Source of the DNA: Chrysomallon squamiferum | Taxonomy: Eukaryota; Animalia; Mollusca | NCBI GenBank assembly: GCA_012295275.1 | Contig: CM022672.1 | Coordinates: forward strand, 10,478,001 to 10,542,000 | Length of the DNA stretch: 64,000 bases | Direction: 5' to 3' | In this document: in pieces, positions 55,654-64,000 of the stretch | Position numbering within the stretch: the first letter of the stretch is position 1 | Layout of the letters: every line of letters begins with the position of its first letter | Made by a program: the position numbers and the translations under genes | Notes under the pieces: generated by a model | Seen by the model: the letters and a program-made list of their open reading frames with translations, nothing else | Told to the model about the DNA's origin: nothing | The model's database searches: none

Positions 55654-57684
55654 CTGGAAAAAAAATAAAAAAAATTAAATGTCATATTGGAATAATTTGT
55701 TGTTTTTTTGGCCAGGATCACATTCAGTTAATTACATATGTAGAGTGGTGTATACTGGATAACAGTTTGAAAAGTATTGTAAAGATAGAACTTATTAATA
55801 TAAGAAAACGTTTTATATGGAAAAGAGTTTAGATCATATCCTGTTGAGATAATAATTATTTCTATATGCTTTGTTATGTAACAAGTTTAAATTAACAGCT
55901 ACTAAGATAACAGTTTTTTATATATATATATCTGTATGTTACCTTGTGTGTATCTGTGTATGTGTGTGTTTGCATGGAGTGTATGTATATGTGTTCTGTG
56001 TGTGTGTGTTTTAATGTGTGTGTGTGTGTGTATGAACATAGGCACATATGCTTTTTGACTTTGGTGGTATTTATAAAGATAAAATACTTCACCAAAATAT
56101 TACACAACTTCAGCATTTCAGCAGCAGATTTGTTAAAAATATTTTTATGGCACTTAAAATATACAACATTACTTACATAATTATATATAGGAATATTTAA
56201 TCTATTTTCGGTATGTTAACAGTTTTATTGAACAATTTTACAAATAAATTATACAGATTATGTAATACAACCTATCACCAAGGATTTCAAAAAAAAAAAA
56301 ATTCAGTTGTACATCTGAAATCATTTGAAATAAAAAAAAATAAATAACAGTTTTAATTAATTTATAACTTTATTCTCATAATCTTCATGTATTACAGACT
56401 AGAAATGCAGGAAAAAAATCACATCATATTTTATGAAAAACAAATCTAGGAAGCAAAAGTTTAAATTTATTCTTAACTTCATGCAGAAGTATAAAAAAAT
56501 TATGAAATGTTATTCTCATAAGCTTCATGACGTACAGACTACAACAACACACTGACCAGAAATTAAACTGCATCTTGTGAAAAACGAATCCACGTTTAAA
56601 TAGGTTTAATTAGTTTATCAAACTGATTACCGGGGTGTAAATAATTATTTATTTCCCTCAGGAATTTTCCTTCATTGAATTAACCATACACAGCTGACTG
56701 CAGAGTTGACTAAGTTCTCTAAATCAGGTGTGTCAGAGGTTTGTGCACTGAGAACTGACTCCAATACCAAAGTTCACCGCTGCCATAGAACGAATTACTG
56801 AAGACAGAAACGCATTCTTTTTGCTTACGGAACCGAAAATATAATGCTATTAATTAACAATAATTCCTTCCTTTTTGAAAAAAACAAACAAAAACACAAT
56901 AAGAATGGTATGGTTGGTAAATAAACTGTTTGTGTTAAATCATTGTTTCATGTCTAAATAATTGTTATGCTATGTAATAAAGAGATATGAAAAAATTTGT
57001 TCATATGTAACAAGTAATAATATTTTAAAATTTACATGTAAGACTTAAAAATATTAATACAGTTAAAACACATAAAATTATGTAAAATGATAAAATATTC
57101 AGTACAGTGTAATGAATAAAATTTAAAAAAAATTAATAATATATAGGACCTAAAAATATTAATACAATGCAAAAATGGTAAAATTTAATAATATGCAAAT
57201 GTAAAATTATCTTTAAATATAATACTATGATAAACTTAAAAATATTTGAAACAATTTAAAGGTCAAAAATATTAAAGGATTCATTAAAGAATTTTGATAT
57301 AATTCCAAAGATAAATTTTTAATAATATTTAGATAATGTATAGCTCAAAAATATTTAATATTTAATAACGTGAAAAAGATTTTTTAAAATAATTAAAATA
57401 ATGTTAATATTCAAAATAATTCACAAACTTTAATGAAACTATCTTTATTATTTAGTTTTATTGTATGTCACAACAAAATAAAAAATACATTAAATAGGCA
57501 TTTTTTTCTTATATTATAGCTTGAATATTGTAGTCTTTAGAAAAGGATGAACATTAATATCCAATAGCTTGATTAAAACCATTCTGACAAAACAGTGACA
57601 ATGCTAATAAGAAAAACATATTTTAATCTATGTTATTTGTAATCACTTGTTCAATTATCCATAAACCAATGAAACTCTTCTCTG

Positions 57685-57800
57685 AGACACAATGGTCTAC
57701 TCTTTTCCAATTAGCATCAAGTAAATATTCATATTCACCTTCCCACAAACAGAAAAATACACATTATGATTTAGGAGCAGTTTCTGGAATGTGAAAAATA
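57685..57800 (+). mobile_element. Degenerate SINE-like interspersed repeat fragment
   Basis: Shares ctcttt(t)..a.tagca.caa.g....accttcccaca.acag...acaca with 61235-61330; recalls a common gastropod SINE body (from memory, not searched). Confidence 0.5.
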
Positions 57801-60800
57801 ATTTCCTTCTAGTCTCAGAATGCAGAAGGAAATAGATATGCATGTTAAAATGTGTCATTCAAATACTTTATGCATGTGCAATAAAATTAACTTTGTAACT
57901 AAATCAGTAATAAAATATAAAAATAAATCAGTAACTTAATTTACAAATAAATCAGTAACTTAATTTACAAATAAATCAGTAACATAATTTTAAAATAATA
58001 TTTAAATAGAGTTTGTTTTGAAAAATTCAATAATAATTTCAAAAAATAACTTGACTGAATATATCAGAATTCAGATAATATTATCAGTAATATAAAATAA
58101 ATATTAAAATACATTTTAAACACATTTTAATATATTTGATAAAATATGTTGATTTGAAAGATAACTTCACTGAATGTATTAGAATCCACACAGCAACGAT
58201 TATCAGTAATATAATTTAAAAATAAATACATGTATTACAATAGTCTAAATGCATTAAAAAAATATTAATCCAGAAATATGATAAAAAAAAATATAATTTC
58301 AAAGACATACATGACTGCATGTAACAGAATCTAAACAGCATGTGACTTGTGGAGGTGGCACTGATCAATAAATGTCTAATTAAGCTGAAATTTAATGGAA
58401 GAATTTTTACCTGCTTGCTCTTCCACATTTCATTATCTTTGATACGGCTTCATAACTGCTTTGAAATCTGGTTCCTTTCATCTGAGGACTTGTCAATTTG
58501 ACAACAACATGCCTTTAATTAGTATCAGCTTCCCCGTTTCTTGTCTTGTTCCACCATCTTATTAAAAACTGAGTTACATTTGTTTATAACTTGTGTTTGC
58601 TTTGTACTTGGGTTGCTGTTAATAATGTCAGAGGCTAAATGTAATATAACTGTACGCAAAGGATGACTGGCCATTTTAGTAATTGTGAAATCTTCAAATT
58701 TAAAGGAGTTTAGGTTCACTTGTGTTTAAAATTATTATTATTACATTCTATATCCTGCTTAAGGTCGGGTGTAGGTTAGTGGTTAGAGTGTAAGACAAAG
58801 GCTAAAATGTTTATCTGTTCTCCTGTTTATGGTAAGGAACAGATTCAAGATGTCTTTTTGTTATATGAAAATGTAAAATAATAAAACAGTTGTTCCTTTA
58901 ACATTATTTTACAATTTAGAATAAGAAGTGTGTGTGTGTGTGTGTGTGTGTGGTTGTGTGTGTAAGGTGATATAAAAAACTGTTGTATAAATTCAATATT
59001 TTTTAATAATAGTTTTTGAAAAAGACATCTGTTTATTGTAGTAGTTGTTGGTTGATGTGAAAATATTGTCAAATAAACTAAACTCTGCTAAGTGTTTGTG
59101 CCTTTGAAATATTTAAATATTATTGTAAAAAGATACCTGTTTTATATGTAATTTTGCATTAGGTGATGTGAATATTGCTGTATAAACTGATTAGGTAAGA
59201 AAATTTTCAAGATGTGTATAAAAATGTTGCAAAAAAACATCTGTTTATTGATATATGGTGACTCATATTAATATTACTGAATAAAATAAATTGTGAAAAG
59301 ATAGGTATGCCGTGGTGCACCTACATTTTTGGAACCCATTGCTAGCAGCAACAAGGTCTGAGTAACCACAGTTACCATCTCCTCTACAACAGTGTTCCAT
59401 GACAGGTTTTACAAATTCAGCCACATGTTGGTATTTGATTTTAAAAGTTTGAAGTTGTGCGGACTAAAGTCACTTCTGGATTAAAAGCCCTACAGCTTAA
59501 GCTTCATTAGTTTCATAATAAACACACCCCTCTGTGCATGCAATGTTGAGTATTAAACACAATTTGAAAAATGTATCTGCATTCAGGTAAATTACTGTAA
59601 TCCTGGATGATGTTAAGTAAATTTTATACAATCATTGTTAGTTTATAAGTCAAACCTAGTAGTAGCATATATTATATTTGTACCAAAAAAAAAAAAAAAA
59701 TGAGGTTAATGATGTAAAATTTATTAAATCAAATATGAATTTTCATCAGAATGTAACAATTTATAAAGAAAATTTAAAAAAAAATTTGACTCAGTTTCCG
59801 ATTTTTTTTTTTACTGCAAGAATTCTAATTTTTATTTTTTTTCACTTTTTTGGAGAGAAAAAAATTCTGTGAAATTGGCTTCATTTCTCTAATAATTGTA
59901 TCTATTTATTATTCTCAGAACGAAGTCTACAGGGCAAAAAAATGGTATATACGAAAAATGGTTTTATGTAATAATAACAATGATAACAGATGACAAATAT
60001 ATGGTACTGATATGAAGGTGGTTTAGATTAAAATTTTATGAAAATCCCTGGTTTTAGAAGGTTCATTTAAATTCTGACGATTTCATTATTTTCAAAGTGA
60101 ATTTTTTTTTTTTTTTTTTTTTGACTGTTTAGACTGTTTTTGTTTAAATGAAAAATCTGATATAAAAATAAATATATATATATTTAAATTATCTCTAACT
60201 TTTTTTTTAATTTAATTTTTTTTGTATAATTGTTAAATGAAGAACAAAGGTGATTTATAGAAGTGAAATTGTTATAAATGCAAATCCTATAGAGTGTACT
60301 TGTATTTTTTATCAAATTAAATATTCTAGTTTTTATGATGAGAAATTTTATAATATTTTTCAATCTAGTGTACAGTTACCTAATATATTATATATTCATG
60401 TATTAACTATGATATTTTTCAATTAAATTTTTTTCATTACTCATACATCATGGGCAATGTTAATATTGGAGTCCTTGAATCGTTGTCTTACAACATCATA
60501 TAAAAGTTATATCCAAGTAATATAACTATGTAACAAAAATCATGTTTTGAAGTAAATTGTCTATGTAATTCAATGAATAAAGAGAGTAGTAAAAATATCT
60601 ATTATATTACCCTTTCATGTGTTAACCATGATATGTGATTGTCACAGAGAAACCAGTTTTTGACATGAGTGATGTACAGAACGCTGAGTAATCTCCCTTG
60701 AGGTCAGATGCTAATTTATGAGGTAAGTGTATTGGGAGATATTTAGTGGAGGTGTCCTCCCTGAAAGCCAGTCTGTGTCTTTAATAATTCAGTTTGACCA

Positions 60801-61234
60801 AGACATGTGATATAAAGTATTCTGTTTCACACTGTGCCGGTACGCGATGGAAAGGTTCCCATTAGTAATTATGTTTAGCCAAATCTTGTAATGTCACTCC
60901 TATTGGGTTAGTTAATATTAGATTTTCTCTGCTTTTATAACAGCTCTGAACTCAGTGTCACTTAGTGTATCCAGGAGTCAGGGTTGAAAAATCTATATCC
61001 TTGTCTATTTTGCTTTCTTTTTTTTTTTTTTTTTTTTATTTATGATCATCTTAAAGCATGTTCGGCTTTAAGAAACAGAATGAACCGTCTTTATGAAAGG
61101 AAGATCAAAGAAAGCTGACTGATTTTTCAAAATTTCAAAAGAAGAGTCTGGAAGATTTATGAGGTCTAATGAAAAAACATTGTTACTTTGATCAAAGGAA
61201 AATATGCCTTAATTTAAAACCACACAGAAATGAG

Positions 61235-61330
61235 TTGCTGCCACAAGGAAATGAACTCCTCTTTTAAAGTAGCAACAAAGGAATGTGCTACATGTACCTT
61301 CCCACAGACAGTATAACACACATCATCACA
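61235..61330 (+). mobile_element. Degenerate SINE-like interspersed repeat fragment
   Basis: Similar to 57685-57800; further related-looking pieces at ~28500-28725 (+) and ~45850-45925 (-). Confidence 0.5.
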
Positions 61331-61749
61331 CTGTAAAAAGAAAAAACCTAGCAAATACAAATTAAATAATTTTTCAAATATATTTATCTCTTATGAAATA
61401 CAGTCTTTAATAAAGTCATCAGCATACTAAACATTCACACAATTAGCCAAGGACATTTTTGTAACTTTCATCTCACTGCCATATTGGGATTCTGTATTCT
61501 ATGATCATTAATCTGGATTTAGTCCCATTAAATATTATTTAATGATATAACTTCCATCTCTTTTGTGCAGCATTTAACAAAATGAAAACCACAGGTTTCA
61601 ACTGCTGGTAGCCATTACATAGTAACAGATCAGTTTGTTTGAAATGGAAAGTTAATGTTGTGTGACTGATGGTGTCTGTCAACACAGAATTCTTGTCAAA
61701 TTAATCAGTCTCGTGAGGTAATTTTAATTGTGATTAGTTACCACAGGCT

Positions 61750-62277
61750 TATGTTAATCTTCTTTCTAAATATCTCAATTCACAGTGTGACACATATTTA
61801 TTTTTTTTTAATTCCGAATTCTGAATATTAATCTACTTTCTAAATATCTGAATTCACAATGTTTATCTACTTCTAAATTGGGAATTCACAATGTTAATCT
61901 ACTTTTTAAATGTCTGAACCCATAATGTTAATCTACTTTCTTAATGTCTGAATTCACAATGTTGATCTACTTTCTAAATATCTGAATTCATAGTGTTAAT
62001 CTACTTTCTAAATATCTGAATTCACAGTGTTAATCTACTTTCTAAATATCTGAATTTGCAATGTTAATCTACTTTCTAAATATCTGAATTCACAATGTTG
62101 ATCTACTTTCTAAATATCTGAATTCACAATGTTGATCTACTTTCTAAATATCTGAATTCACAATGTTAATCTACTTTCTAAATATCTGAATTCACAATGT
62201 TAATCTACTTTCTAAATATCTGAATTCACAATGTTAATCTACTTTCTAAATATCTGAATTCACAATGTTAATCTACT
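61750..62277. repeat. 34-bp minisatellite
   Basis: Unit TTAATCTACTTTCTAAATATCTGAATTCACAATG, ~14 copies. Confidence 0.95.
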
Positions 62278-63059
62278 GAGTAACTGGTTTAGTTCCAGCC
62301 AGCTCATTTGTATGGCCTTTAAGGTGGCCCAATATTTAACCCAGATGATGCCAGCTCAGTACCAAATGAGGATATAGCTTTAGATATCAGGATATAGCTT
62401 TAGAGATCAGGATATAGCTTCAGCGTCTGTTGAAATAATTGCTTTGGGAAACTAGTTTTTATATTCAGTGTATAAAGATGTAACTTGAGAGGATCAGGAT
62501 CTGGTCTCAAGGAATGAAGATGTAGGGAATAAGTGTCAAGCTTCAGAGGACTAGGATACATTCAATGACCAACATGCAGCTTCAAGCAAAATGATTGTAG
62601 TTCTAAAATAAACCTGTTCAAGGAATAAAAAGTTTTTGGATCAAATGCCATAAGTGTATTAACTGAGCTGTATCCTATTTCAAATGTTATTCAACCAGTT
62701 TATCAAAGATAATAGTAACTTTTTTCATGTCTGTGGGAATGTTGCATTTTGAACATTTCTTAATGCAAAAGAATAGTCCTGGCTTGAATTTTTAATTTTT
62801 TAATTTTTAAAAAAAAATTGATTTTTTTTAGTCTTTTTTTTTTTTTTTGTTGTCTTTATATCACAAAATCTATTTGACAATTAAAAGCCATTAATGTTAA
62901 ATAAACCTGTCATTAAATATTCATTTATTCATTTAAGTCCCGCATCACAATTACATAACCATTCATGTATATTTAATAATTTCTCTTCCCATTGTTTCAT
63001 GGTTGTGAGTTCTGTTATCTGATTATTACTTAATACATTAATCCATCAGTAAAAGGACT

Positions 63060-63205
63060 TTCATTTCTTGCACCACTGCTTGAACACTGCCAAAATGATT
63101 GCAGCTTCTTTTCTGCTTCGAATGATCTTCAAACGCTCTTCAGAGAAAAGCAATTTTCCAGATCAGAACTGTTGATTGGCAGGAACATGAAGTGGAAAAG
63201 TCTGT
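63060..63205 (-). mobile_element. Possible decayed hAT-transposase C-terminal (dimerisation domain) fragment
   Basis: Minus frames give FMFLPINSSDLENCFS then, after a frameshift, LKIIRSRK, resembling the P-x-S-S-x-x-x-E-R-x-F-S...K pattern. Confidence 0.25.
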
Positions 63206-63523
63206 GAAAATTTTGTCAGGTTGTCATGTGGTTTAATGAATAGCACATTTCAAGTAATTATTGTTTTCTACATGAATAAGTTTAATAATTTTAAAACATG
63301 TTGCAGTACTTGGTTTTTGTACCTTCATTTTCTATTTCTTTTTTTTTTCCTTTGGTTTTTTTTATAGGTTGAATATTTTAAAATATACTTCAATTGAATA
63401 TCCTCCATTAAAAATGGTTTCTTAATTTTTCTGCTTCATGAAATGTTTTCTGTGTTTCCACCATTGTTGTTAATATTATGTGTATAAGTGTGGATGTATA
63501 GATGTATGTATTTTTTGCATGCA

Positions 63524-63566
<43 letters not shown>

Positions 63567-64000
63567 ATGGGTTTATACTTGTTGCTGCTATGCCCCATTC
63601 ATTACTTTATTTAAAAATGTCCATGATGAATTAACACAGGAAAACACTCTCATTCACTCGCTTCATATTATTATTATTATTACAACTTCTATCAAAGCCT
63701 TAATCCTGACCAGAGGTGAACTTGCCATGATGAGTCATGTGTTAAGATGCAAGCAGGTGGACTCGATGTCATGTTAATTATCACCACACTATTACTGAAG
63801 ATTTACTGTGAATGGAACTTTCAACATTTCAAAGATATCAAAGATCTGAAGACTTCTGTCATCAGAATGAGCAGGTGGAAGTAGCTTATGATTAAATATC
63901 AGACTCAAAAATAAAAGATTTATTCTAACCCAAACTGGTGATGAGCTCTGTGCGTACAGTATAGTGCCTTGAAGTACTGTCATTAAAAAAAAAAGATTTA

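Overview
AT-rich, microsatellite-dense animal genomic DNA (mollusc/gastropod-like by inference from repeat style and protein sequence). It is not prokaryotic, and most of the supplied ORF track is repeat artefact. Two spliced genes were reconstructed by hand. (1) A complete 6-exon RIDA (RidA/UK114/HRSP12, 2-iminopropanoate deaminase; 135 aa) on + at 4296-7777. (2) A convergent Slo2/KCNT (Slack/Slick-family) potassium channel on -, with 24 clean constitutive coding exons from 55653 to the stop at 13401 plus one apparently garbled exon at ~15855-15964; the N-terminus/S1 was not found in the window. The most striking observation is that at least five KCNT exon-intron junctions have been tandemly amplified into minisatellites. 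Three donor arrays (39, 24 and 53 bp units, 15-33 copies) and two acceptor arrays (43/44 and ~38 bp units) each carry a copy of the authentic splice site, and two donor arrays are in frame and stop-free. Also noted: three phase-0 candidate cassette microexons in the 10 kb intron after the RCK2 region, candidate alternative 5' exons, loss of the mammalian Slack Na+-site motif, and a C-terminal PDZ ligand.
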